A program made the translations under genes and the position numbers. From an uncultured Candidatus Saccharibacteria bacterium (GTDB lineage: Bacteria > Patescibacteriota > Andersenbacteria > UBA10190): DNA of 60,841 nt. Within the stretch, counting starts at the first letter, position 1, and every line of letters starts with the position of its first letter. Positions 44,446 through 53,350 of the stretch are shown here, piece after piece. The notes under the pieces were generated by a model, which was not told where the DNA came from, ran no database searches, and saw nothing but the letters and a program-made list of their open reading frames with translations. The stretch lies in contig CAYJQW010000006.1 in assembly GCA_964372635.1 (NCBI GenBank), positions 1 to 60,841 on the forward strand, in the 5' to 3' direction.

Positions 44446-44498
44446 TTTTCATATCTAATCTAGCTCTTGGCATGTATTCAGGCTAAGCTTATTTTGAT

Positions 44499-45578
44499 AT
44501 GCTGTGGCTTTCCGTGATTGTTTTTATAATTCTTTTACTGGGACTCGTTCTTGTGCATGAATGGGGTCATTTTATTGTGGCTAAAAAAGCTGGTTGTACT
44601 GTTGAGGAATTTGGTTTTGGCTTTCCACCGCGGTTATTAGCCGTATTTTGGCGTGGTACAACCTATTCACTTAACGCTCTCCCTTTAGGCGGCTTTGTGA
44701 AAATTGAAGGAGAAGACATGTTGGACGAAAAACCAGAACAGACAAGTTTTGCTAGCAAATCAGCTGCGTGGCGTATTCTTATCTTATCAGCCGGGGTCAT
44801 GATGAATGTAGTCTTAGCCTGGGTCTTATTGACCGTGCAAAGTGTGCTCGGCAGCCCAACTCTGGTCACCGAACAAAATGAGGAGCAATTAAAAGATATT
44901 CAGACGTACGTTATTGGCGTTGCCCCTAACTCACCAGCGGCCGAAAGTGGTTTTCAGGAACTTGATCGAATCATTCGCATTGGAAATATAATGAGACCGT
45001 CAATAACTGAAATTAGACAAATGAGCGAGATAAAAGCCGGCTCCGAACTTGAAATTGTAATACAACGACAAGGTAGAGATGAGACGATAAAATTGACGCC
45101 ACGTTCTGAGCCGCCAGTAAACGAAGGACCACTGGGTATAAACCTGGCATCTACTGGGCTAGCCACCTACCCTTGGTGGATTGCACCCTGGGAAGGTCTT
45201 AAAAAAACATTTAATGTGTTAGTCGCTATTCTGGTTCAGATTGTCATTGTAATTAGTAGTCTAATCAGGGGTGGAAATGTCAGCGGTGATATTGCCGGAC
45301 CTGTCGGCATTGCCGTGCTTGCTAATCAAGTAACACAGCTTGGCTTAGTATACATTTTAGAATTTGGCGCTTTGATAAGTTTAAACTTGGCTATAATTAA
45401 CATTTTGCCATTTCCTGCCCTAGATGGTGGCCGTATTGTTTTCGTTATGATCGAAAAAATGCGCGGCGGAAAGCGTCTGGCAGCACGTTTTGAACAATAC
45501 GTCCACCTGGCGGGATTCGCTCTACTAATTCTGTTAATGATTATTATTACCTTTCGTGACATAGGCCGATATTTCTAA
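44499..45578 (+). CDS. rseP: RIP site-2 metalloprotease RseP/RasP (M50, single PDZ)
   Basis: HEWGHFIVA (HExxH) in TM1, a PDZ segment (VAPNSPAAESGFQELDRII), and NILPFPALDGG (NxxPxxxLDG). Confidence 0.88.
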   Translation: MLWLSVIVFIILLLGLVLVHEWGHFIVAKKAGCTVEEFGFGFPPRLLAVFWRGTTYSLNALPLGGFVKIEGEDMLDEKPEQTSFASKSAAWRILILSAGVMMNVVLAWVLLTVQSVLGSPTLVTEQNEEQLKDIQTYVIGVAPNSPAAESGFQELDRIIRIGNIMRPSITEIRQMSEIKAGSELEIVIQRQGRDETIKLTPRSEPPVNEGPLGINLASTGLATYPWWIAPWEGLKKTFNVLVAILVQIVIVISSLIRGGNVSGDIAGPVGIAVLANQVTQLGLVYILEFGALISLNLAIINILPFPALDGGRIVFVMIEKMRGGKRLAARFEQYVHLAGFALLILLMIIITFRDIGRYF

Positions 45579-45580
45579 CT

Positions 45581-46816
45581 ATGCGTTATAATAATAGCTT
45601 TATAAAGACAAATAAAGGGGCTAAAAAGTTTGAGTCAGTGAATGCAACATTGCTGCAAAAAGCTGGTTTTATTGATCAGACCATGGCTGGGGTCTACACA
45701 TTTCTACCGCTTGGTTGGAAAGTTCTCAATAATATTGAAAACATTATTCGAAAAGAAATGGATAAGCTTGGTGTGGAATTGTTAATGTCAGCTTTTTCTC
45801 CACGAAGTTTGTGGGAGCAAACAAAACGATCAGACATCGACATTCTTTTCGAGGCACAGGGTGCAAATGACGCATCAAGGCGGAAGAATAAAACGAGGCC
45901 AATCTTAAATCCAACTCATGAGGATGTGATCACACCGATTGCCCTTAAAATCAAGCCTAGCTACAAAGATCTGCCTTATGCTGTTTATCAAATTCAGACA
46001 AAGTTTAGAAACGAGGAAAGACCAAAATCTGGCTTACTTCGCGGACGTGAATTTCGCATGAAAGATCTGTATAGTTTTCACGCCAGCGAGAAAGACCTGT
46101 TAGTATTTTATGAAAAAGTAAAAGCGGCCTACGCAACTATTTTTCAGCAATTGGGCTTAGGCGAAGATACCATCGTTGCCAATGCCTCGGGGGGAGATTT
46201 TACCAGTGGCTTTTCCCATGAATTTAACGCAAAGCTCGAGACCGGCGAGGATACGGTATATTACGATTCGACCAAACATGTCTATTATAACGCTGAGGTT
46301 GCTCCAACAGAGGTCATGGCACAGAATAAACCAATTAAAGTATCCGAGGTAGGTAATATTTTCCCACTGGGCACTAAATTTTCTGAGGCATTTGGTTATT
46401 ATTACACTGACAAGAGCGGACATGAAAAACCCGTCTACATGGCCTCGTATGGCATAGGTTCATCACGTGTTATGGGTGTTATCGCTGAAAAATACCACGA
46501 TGAAAATGGTTTATGCTGGCCGGCACAAGTCGCACCACATCATGTTTATCTTATCGGTATTAATTTGGAAAATATGGAGATTAAGAAATTAGCCGAATCG
46601 TTGTACGAGCGTCTGCGATCAACCGGCATTAATGTATTGCTGGATGATCGCCAAGGTGCTTCCCCGGGCGATAAGCTATCGGATGCAGATCTGATTGGCT
46701 GTCCATGGCGCTTCGTTGTCTCTACCAAGACGGGAAATAAAGTTGAAGTCAAGCAGAGGACAAGTGGTGAGCCAGCGCTAATGTCAGTTGATGATGCATT
46801 AAAACATATTGCATGA
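45581..46816 (+). CDS. proS: proline--tRNA ligase, minimal form without INS editing domain
   Basis: Class II motif 2 (FRNEERPKSGLLRGREFRMKDLYSF), motif 3 (ASYGIGSSRVMG) and a C-terminal class IIa anticodon-binding domain. Only 411 aa. Confidence 0.85.
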   Translation: MRYNNSFIKTNKGAKKFESVNATLLQKAGFIDQTMAGVYTFLPLGWKVLNNIENIIRKEMDKLGVELLMSAFSPRSLWEQTKRSDIDILFEAQGANDASRRKNKTRPILNPTHEDVITPIALKIKPSYKDLPYAVYQIQTKFRNEERPKSGLLRGREFRMKDLYSFHASEKDLLVFYEKVKAAYATIFQQLGLGEDTIVANASGGDFTSGFSHEFNAKLETGEDTVYYDSTKHVYYNAEVAPTEVMAQNKPIKVSEVGNIFPLGTKFSEAFGYYYTDKSGHEKPVYMASYGIGSSRVMGVIAEKYHDENGLCWPAQVAPHHVYLIGINLENMEIKKLAESLYERLRSTGINVLLDDRQGASPGDKLSDADLIGCPWRFVVSTKTGNKVEVKQRTSGEPALMSVDDALKHIA

Positions 46817-47871
46817 GAATTTCCGACCGAATATTTGGGCCATTTTCACAGGATATTGGCATAGATCTTGGTACAGCTAATACCCTAGTGTATGTCCGGG
46901 GTAAGGGTATTGTGATTAATGAGCCATCGGTGGTCGCTATTAATACCAATACGAATGCTGTACTGGCCATAGGTAAAGAAGCACAGCGGATGGTAGGCAA
47001 GACGCCAGCTCATATTGTGGCCATACGACCATTGCGTGATGGGGTTATCTCCGATTTTGAGGTTACAGAGCAAATGTTGCGTTACTTTATCCAACGTGTT
47101 CACCAGGATGGATTTCATTTGTTGCCACGCCCTCGCGTCGTCATTGGCCTACCATCATCGGTCACAGAGGTCGAAAGACGTGCCGTCGAGGAGGCAACTT
47201 TGCGGGCAGGGGCTAGACGCGCGTTTCTTATTGAAGAAGCAATGGCAGCAGCAATCGGCGCTCGTCTTCCCGTTCATGAGGCTACCGGGACAATGATAGT
47301 TGATATTGGGGGTGGGACAACTGAAATTGCAGTTATCTCTTTAGGTGGATTGGTTGTCAGTAAAACACTGCGCACTGCTGGAGATGAAATGAATGAAAAC
47401 ATTGTTCAATATGCTCGAGAGAATTTCAATTTACTTCTAGGCGAGAGGACAGCTGAACAAGTTAAGATGAGAATCGGGGCCGTTATTGATTTACCTGAGC
47501 CTCTTGAGACGCCGGTCCGAGGACGAGACTTAGTAACAGGTTTGCCTAAAGAAATCATAATGAATAGTCATCAGGTGAAGGAAGCAATTAATAAATCAAT
47601 CTCCGCCATCATTGAAGCTGTTAAAAACACTATTGAAGAAACGCCCCCAGAACTTATATCAGACATTTTAGAGCAAGGCATTGTTTTGGCTGGTGGGGGA
47701 GGCCTCGTTCGTGGCTTCGATCAAGTTTTGACTCAGGCAACTCAAATTTCATCGCGTTTTACCGATGATCCCATGACTGCTGTTGTTCGTGGCACGGGCA
47801 TTGTCCTTGAAGATCTAGAGGCCGTACAGGAATTGTTGCTGCCTAGCGTTCATGGAGCTCGATTAAAATAG
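46813..47871 (+). CDS. mreB: rod-shape determining actin homolog MreB (copy 2)
   Basis: IGIDLGTANTLVYV, RPLRDGVISDF, MIVDIGGGTTEIAVI, GIVLAGGGGLVRGFD. ATGA overlap with the proS stop. Followed by mreC and mreD. Confidence 0.9.
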   Translation: MRISDRIFGPFSQDIGIDLGTANTLVYVRGKGIVINEPSVVAINTNTNAVLAIGKEAQRMVGKTPAHIVAIRPLRDGVISDFEVTEQMLRYFIQRVHQDGFHLLPRPRVVIGLPSSVTEVERRAVEEATLRAGARRAFLIEEAMAAAIGARLPVHEATGTMIVDIGGGTTEIAVISLGGLVVSKTLRTAGDEMNENIVQYARENFNLLLGERTAEQVKMRIGAVIDLPEPLETPVRGRDLVTGLPKEIIMNSHQVKEAINKSISAIIEAVKNTIEETPPELISDILEQGIVLAGGGGLVRGFDQVLTQATQISSRFTDDPMTAVVRGTGIVLEDLEAVQELLLPSVHGARLK

Positions 47872-47984
47872 AAGGACATAATCGCACAGGATCTTCGCTT
47901 GCCCCCAGGCACTTGTTTACGTACCGTGCTTTAAGGGAGCTCTTAAATGATCCAAATTTGTTAAACGAATAAGTAATCCTAGTT

Positions 47985-48734
47985 ATGGTACGAAGGTCAC
48001 AAATTCTTCTCGGGCTATTAGGAATAATTATTATTGTCTTATTAGTCATGATGACGCCTCTGGTGCAAACAGCTCGCTCGGCTGCTTGGTCAAGTCTGAT
48101 TCGTATCCTGGCTTCCTTGGCCAAAATTGGGCCATTACAAATCGAAAACGATGTTGCCTCCCAGATGCAAAATTTACTCACAGAAAACATTCGTCTGCGC
48201 GCTGAAGTGTCTGACTATGCCGATTTACGTCAACAGCTTGGCTCGACATCATTTGAACAGCTCCGATCTATTCCAGCCCTGATTATTGCGCGGCCGACTG
48301 ATACGTTTCGGACAGAATTAGTCCTGAATAAGGGTATCCAGAATGGGGTCACGCTTGATTCGCCAGTAGTTACCGGCGGATCAATTCTCATCGGTCATAT
48401 AACTAAGGTATTTGAGCAGAGCTCAGTTTTGCAACTCCTGCTTAATCCAACTTCCAATATTACCGCCGAAGTTCTTGAACAAGATAACACCCAAGGTTTA
48501 CTGCGTGGTCGTGCCTATACCAGTGTCTTTCTGACGACCATCCCGCGTGATGCTTTACTCTTACCTAACATGGCTGTGGTCACCAGAGCTTCAGAAAAAA
48601 TACCAGCTGGCTTACAGATTGGCACTATCCAATCTGTGCGCCATGAACAAAATGAAGCCTACCAGGAGGCGCTCGTCGCGCTGCCATATGATCCTGATGA
48701 TTTAAAGGCCGCAGTAATTCTGGTAAAACCATGA
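47985..48734 (+). CDS. mreC: rod shape-determining protein MreC
   Basis: N-terminal TM helix, coiled coil (ENIRLRAEVSDYADLRQQL) and beta-barrel repeats (VVTGGSILIGHITKV, GLQIGTIQSV). mreB-mreC-mreD order. Confidence 0.8.
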   Translation: MVRRSQILLGLLGIIIIVLLVMMTPLVQTARSAAWSSLIRILASLAKIGPLQIENDVASQMQNLLTENIRLRAEVSDYADLRQQLGSTSFEQLRSIPALIIARPTDTFRTELVLNKGIQNGVTLDSPVVTGGSILIGHITKVFEQSSVLQLLLNPTSNITAEVLEQDNTQGLLRGRAYTSVFLTTIPRDALLLPNMAVVTRASEKIPAGLQIGTIQSVRHEQNEAYQEALVALPYDPDDLKAAVILVKP

Positions 48735-49261
48735 AACTCAAACGTCATGATTCTTTGGTTTTCCTAGGCATATTTATGATCGGCCTTGGACTACATGCCT
48801 GGTTACGAATTAATAGCATTTCTCTAATTGTTTTACCGATCTTTGTCAGTACACTCATGGTTTGGAATATTGAACATCCAACTGGCTACCTCATTTTTAG
48901 CGGATTTTTGCTAGAACTATTCTCAACGCAACCGTTTGGCATTATTTTATTGGTTTTTGCAATTCCACTCTTCATTCATAAGCTCCGAGGTAGAACTGAA
49001 GTTGACCTGTCATTTTCCTTTACTTTTTTAATTGGGCTTAGCATCGGTTTTCAATTACTGGCTCTATTGGCATATGGATGGTTGCAAATATTTTTGACTA
49101 ACACAGAGGATTTATTTTTGTCTGCTTCTCCCTGGTTAATTTTGATTCCTGGCTGGATTACGACCACAATTGTCATCGCATTTTTATCGCTAATTACGCA
49201 GTCAATGTGGCCATATGATCAACGCAACATTATATCGCTTGAGGGCCATCGCCTTTTATGA
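48731..49261 (+). CDS. mreD: rod shape-determining protein MreD
   Basis: 176-aa, 5-TM protein overlapping mreC (ATGA) and mrdA. Assignment is mainly by position. Confidence 0.65.
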   Translation: MKLKRHDSLVFLGIFMIGLGLHAWLRINSISLIVLPIFVSTLMVWNIEHPTGYLIFSGFLLELFSTQPFGIILLVFAIPLFIHKLRGRTEVDLSFSFTFLIGLSIGFQLLALLAYGWLQIFLTNTEDLFLSASPWLILIPGWITTTIVIAFLSLITQSMWPYDQRNIISLEGHRLL

Positions 49262-51117
49262 CTTTTGACTACTCAACAGTAATGGCAGATTCGGGGCCTC
49301 TACGCTCAAAAAAATATCAGCAATCGAGGCAACGTTGGTATATTTTATATACACTGCTCGGAATTGTGATGGTTATTCTTCTTGTAAGAAGTTTTTATTT
49401 GCAAGTTATCCAAGGTAATGAGCTAAAAGCAAGGGCTGATAACAATAGTGTGGCTGTTATTCCGATCACGGCGTCACGGGGAATTATATTTGATGCTAAG
49501 GGAAAACAATTAGTTGAAAATGTAGCCAGTACTGATCTTATTCTTGATCCTGCTACGTTACCATCCGAAGATAATGAATCAATTTTAACTGACAGCTTAC
49601 CAAAGCTTGCGGCTATTAGTTCCCAGGATGTTTCTGACGGCTTGCAGAAGGCTCGGGCTACTCAACGTTCTACTCGGCTAATCCAGGCACTAGATCATGA
49701 TACCGTCCTAGCCATTGAAGCGGCACGAGATAGGCTGCCTGGTGTGCTCCTGGTGTCAACCTTGGTACGAAAATATCCGTTTACGACCAGCGCCGCTCAT
49801 ATCCTTGGTTATACCGGCTCAGTTTCAAGTGAAGAGCTTGAAAGTCGTTCTGAACTTTATCCCACTGACATCACTGGCAAAGCTGGTCTTGAAAAATACT
49901 ATGACGTTGAATTAGCTGGCAAGCACGGCATCTCCTATGTAGAAATTGATGCTGCCGGCATACCGCAGAAGCAGTTGGGAGAAGATGCACCGCAAACAGG
50001 AGTAGAACTCCATCTAGGTATCGATATAGAACTCCAGGCTCAGATCGTGCGGTTATTCTCGGAGCGAATGCAAAGTTTACGACAAGCTGACAGTAAAGCT
50101 GGTATGGGCGGGGCGGTAATAGCACTTGATCCACGATCTGGGGCAGTACGCGCTTTGGTTAGCTATCCGACATTTGATCCAAATAATTTTTCTCTGCCAA
50201 AACAAGCGGTAGCTGCCGAAGAGTTGATCCGAGCACTGGATCAGCCTCTTTTTAACCGAGCTACCGATGGGATGTATCCTCCCGGATCAACCATTAAGCC
50301 GTTTATTGCCGCAGCTGCCGTTGAAGAAAAAGTAATTACTCCAGAAACAACGATATTATCGACCGGCGGATTAACAGTTGGTCCGTGGAGTTTTCCAGAC
50401 TGGAAAGCAGGTGGACATGGGCCAACTAATGTTAATCGCGCCATGGCCGAGTCTGTAAATACTTTTTTTTATACTGTGACTGGCGGCTATCAAGACTTCG
50501 ACGGTCTTGGAGTCGAGCGAACCATCAACTATTTAAGACGCTTTGGTTGGGGAGAAAAAACCGGCGTTGATTTACCTACCGAACGCGAGGGGTTTTTACC
50601 TTCTCCTGCTGAAAAGAAAGAAAGGACAGGAGATAGTTGGTACATTGGCGATACATACCACCTCGCAATCGGGCAAGGTGATGTCTTAATCTCTCCATTG
50701 CAGCTTGCGGTTGCGACTGCCGCTATTGCTAATGGTGGTGAATTGTATGTGCCACATCTTCTTCGTTATAAGGAATTACCTAATGGGGAAATAGTAAGTT
50801 ATAATGGCCGCGAAAAATCAGTTAAACTTAAGCCAGAAACAGTCAAAACTGTGCGTGCCAGCATGCGAGAAACAGTTACGGGTCTGACTGGTTCCGGCCG
50901 GCAATTAATAAATATGCCAATCGCGCTAGCGGGTAAAACTGGTACGGCACAAATAGGTGGAAAAGAACAAACACATGCCTGGTTTACGAGCTTTGGCCCT
51001 TATAATGATCCAGAGTTAGTCATAACAGTGTTGCTGGAGGAAGGAGGCGAGGGAGATAAAGATGCCGTTCCATTCGCCCGGAAAATTTGGGAATGGTGGG
51101 TAGTAAATAACCAATAG
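49258..51117 (+). CDS. mrdA: penicillin-binding protein 2 (class B transpeptidase)
   Basis: N-terminal TM helix, PBP dimerisation domain, and transpeptidase boxes STIKP (SxxK), SVN (SxN), KTGTA (KTG). Confidence 0.88.
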   Translation: MTFDYSTVMADSGPLRSKKYQQSRQRWYILYTLLGIVMVILLVRSFYLQVIQGNELKARADNNSVAVIPITASRGIIFDAKGKQLVENVASTDLILDPATLPSEDNESILTDSLPKLAAISSQDVSDGLQKARATQRSTRLIQALDHDTVLAIEAARDRLPGVLLVSTLVRKYPFTTSAAHILGYTGSVSSEELESRSELYPTDITGKAGLEKYYDVELAGKHGISYVEIDAAGIPQKQLGEDAPQTGVELHLGIDIELQAQIVRLFSERMQSLRQADSKAGMGGAVIALDPRSGAVRALVSYPTFDPNNFSLPKQAVAAEELIRALDQPLFNRATDGMYPPGSTIKPFIAAAAVEEKVITPETTILSTGGLTVGPWSFPDWKAGGHGPTNVNRAMAESVNTFFYTVTGGYQDFDGLGVERTINYLRRFGWGEKTGVDLPTEREGFLPSPAEKKERTGDSWYIGDTYHLAIGQGDVLISPLQLAVATAAIANGGELYVPHLLRYKELPNGEIVSYNGREKSVKLKPETVKTVRASMRETVTGLTGSGRQLINMPIALAGKTGTAQIGGKEQTHAWFTSFGPYNDPELVITVLLEEGGEGDKDAVPFARKIWEWWVVNNQ

Positions 51118-51178
51118 CTAAGGTAAAGGTAGTTAGGGTACGTGTCAGCAGTATGTGGCAAAGTGTGAAAAAAGATCC

Positions 51179-51207
51179 TTGACCCAATATCTTGATCTAT
51201 TTACACT
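51179..51207 (+). promoter_or_regulatory. sigma70-like promoter in the mrdA-greA spacer
   Basis: TTGACC (51179-51184), 17 nt, TACACT (51202-51207). Confidence 0.55.
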
Positions 51208-51214
51208 ACCGCCT

Positions 51215-51251
51215 ATCTTATACTACTGCCTTCGGCAGATAAGATTTTTTT
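51215..51251 (+). terminator. intrinsic terminator / attenuator hairpin upstream of greA
   Basis: ATCTTAT-(ACTA bulge)-CTGCC-TTC-GGCAG-ATAAGAT followed by TTTTTTT. It starts ~8 nt after the -10 at 51202-51207 and ends 30 nt before the greA ATG. Confidence 0.6.
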
Positions 51252-51281
51252 AAACTGTAATAGCCTAAATAATTTGAATCT

Positions 51282-51749
51282 ATGAGTCTCATGAAAGAAG
51301 CGTATCTTACCAAGAAGGGACTAGCAAACTTGCAAGAGGAACTGCATGCGTTAAAAACTACTCGTCGCCGAGAGGTTGCCGACGCAATTCATGCTGCTAA
51401 AGAACAAGGTGATTTATCGGAAAATGCCGAGTATGTCCAAGCTAAAGAAGAACAAAGAAGAATCGAGGCAAAAATCGCGGATATTGAAGCAACGGTAAAA
51501 CACGCCAGGATTATAAAAAAATCGAGCACTGATCAGGTTGACATTGGTAATGTTGTGACACTTAAATGCAATGGTAAGGACTTACAATATCGCATTGTCG
51601 GCTCTAATGAAGCAGATCCTCTACAAGGAAAAATCAGTAATGAATCACCAATTGGACAGGCTGTGCTTGGTTCCAAAAAAAACGATAGAGTTACAATTCC
51701 GACGCCAACGGGCGGTAAAGATTGCCGAATTATTGAGATTTCAAATTAG
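51282..51749 (+). CDS. greA: transcription elongation factor GreA
   Basis: LTKKGLANLQEEL..AKEQGDLSENAEY coiled-coil finger and a C-terminal globular domain (SPIGQAVLGSKKNDRV). Confidence 0.92.
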   Translation: MSLMKEAYLTKKGLANLQEELHALKTTRRREVADAIHAAKEQGDLSENAEYVQAKEEQRRIEAKIADIEATVKHARIIKKSSTDQVDIGNVVTLKCNGKDLQYRIVGSNEADPLQGKISNESPIGQAVLGSKKNDRVTIPTPTGGKDCRIIEISN

Positions 51750-51871
51750 CACTTCTGTCAATCTTGGCTGTAGCTTGTTGTCTGACTTGCCGGCTCATAT
51801 CCTTGAACAAAATTGAATTATTTTGGCAGGCCAGACTTTTATCTTTTCCTTATAAACCATACACTGGCATT

Positions 51872-53347
51872 ATGTCTGAACAAAGGCTTGAGGAAATACG
51901 TGCCGTTCGCCTTGAAAAGCGAAAAGTGATACTAGCCCGTGGCGGTTTAGCTTACCCGGCCGAGGCCCAGCGTAGTCACTTCATCGGAGATGTACGTCAT
52001 GACTTTGCAAAGTTTGTCAGGAAAAGTGATCCAATTGTGTTAGTTGGCCGAGTGCGGGCAATGCGCCAACACGGTGGAATCGTTTTTATTGATATTTTTG
52101 ACGCTACAGGGTCGATCCAATTGCAAATATCAAAAGATATTGTGGTTGAAGAAATATTGGCTCGACTTGAGGAATTAGACGTCGGTGATTTTATCCAAAT
52201 TTCTGGCCAAGCAACCACAACAAGAAGAAACGTACAAACTATTATGATTGCTGAGTGGCACATGCTAGCCAAAAGTGTTAGACCTCTACCAAGTAACTTC
52301 CATGGCTTAAAAGATCACGAGACTCGCTGGCGCCACCGCGAGCTCGATATACTGCTCAATGATAAGGTGCGTTCGGTTCTGATCAAGAGAAGTGAGATTA
52401 TTCAGTGGTTACGTCGTTACTTCACTACCCAGGGCTATTTAGAAGTCGACACTCCGATTTTACAATCCATGGCCGGCGGGGCAGCCGCTAAGCCATTTGC
52501 TACGCATCATCAGGCCTTTGACCTACCTCTTTTTTTAAGAGTTGCGGCCGAGCTCAACCTGAAACGTCTATTGGTGGCTGGTTTTGAGAAGGTTTTTGAG
52601 ATTGGGCAGCGTTTTCGCAACGAAGGAGTTGACCGCCAACACAATCCAGAGTTTACGATGCTCGAGTCACAATGGGCCTATGCTGATTACGAAGATCTAA
52701 TGAATTTTACAGAAGACATGTTTGAAAGTTTATCAAATGATATCTTAGGCACCACTGATATAACGTGGCAAACCAAGTCTATATCCTTAAACAAGCCTTT
52801 TAAGCGCGTCCGATATGTTGATATATTGAGGGAACATATGGGGGTTGATATCCTTTCCGATAAAAATCCACGTACTTACATTAATTATCTTGAGAGTGCC
52901 GGGATTGAGCTACCCACAATAAAAAATTATACCCACCTGGTTGATGAACTCTACAAGAATTTGATTCGTCCGAACCTGCTGCAGCCAACGCTTGTCTACG
53001 ACTACCCGGCTGAAATGGCACCGCTGGCGAAAAGAGCCGGACATGACGATCGGGTAGCTGAAAAATTCCAATTGGTTATTGCGGGCTTGGAATTATGTAA
53101 TTGCTACACGGAACTTAATGATCCAGTTCTACAAAGCGAAATATTTATTGAACAACAAGCCGCTCATGAAGCCGGCGATGAAGAGGCTGCCTTATTTGAC
53201 TCTGAATATATCACCGCCATGGAGCATGGGATGCCACCGAATGCTGGTTTTGGCTTAGGCGTCGATCGTTTAGTCATGATTCTCACTGACTCGACAAATA
53301 TTCGGGATGTCATACCCTTTCCTTTGCTAAGACCAAAATCGGTTTAA
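51872..53347 (+). CDS. lysS: lysine--tRNA ligase (class II)
   Basis: OB anticodon-binding domain (GRVRAMRQHGGIVFIDIFD) and class II motifs (FRNEGVDRQHNPEFTMLE, GFGLGVDRLVM). Start chosen at MSEQRLEEIR (Met37 of the track ORF), 6 nt after a TACACT -10 box. Confidence 0.9.
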   Translation: MSEQRLEEIRAVRLEKRKVILARGGLAYPAEAQRSHFIGDVRHDFAKFVRKSDPIVLVGRVRAMRQHGGIVFIDIFDATGSIQLQISKDIVVEEILARLEELDVGDFIQISGQATTTRRNVQTIMIAEWHMLAKSVRPLPSNFHGLKDHETRWRHRELDILLNDKVRSVLIKRSEIIQWLRRYFTTQGYLEVDTPILQSMAGGAAAKPFATHHQAFDLPLFLRVAAELNLKRLLVAGFEKVFEIGQRFRNEGVDRQHNPEFTMLESQWAYADYEDLMNFTEDMFESLSNDILGTTDITWQTKSISLNKPFKRVRYVDILREHMGVDILSDKNPRTYINYLESAGIELPTIKNYTHLVDELYKNLIRPNLLQPTLVYDYPAEMAPLAKRAGHDDRVAEKFQLVIAGLELCNCYTELNDPVLQSEIFIEQQAAHEAGDEEAALFDSEYITAMEHGMPPNAGFGLGVDRLVMILTDSTNIRDVIPFPLLRPKSV

Positions 53348-53350
53348 CCT

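Noticed and set aside
47843-48190. 115-aa minus-strand ORF spanning the mreB-mreC spacer and the mreC 5' end
   Set aside because: It overlaps both the mreB stop and the mreC start region on the opposite strand. I found no promoter, terminator or motif support. It is most likely a shadow ORF.
51764-51871. 36-codon N-terminal extension of lysS (track start at 51764)
   Set aside because: The extension (MAVACCLTCRLISL...) has no LysRS homology and begins at a non-ATG codon. A TACACT -10 box sits 6 nt before the conserved MSEQRLEEIR start. I trimmed similar upstream extensions for holB (43094), rplQ (30971), csrA (32347), murD (14167), mraY (12747) and infA (28225).
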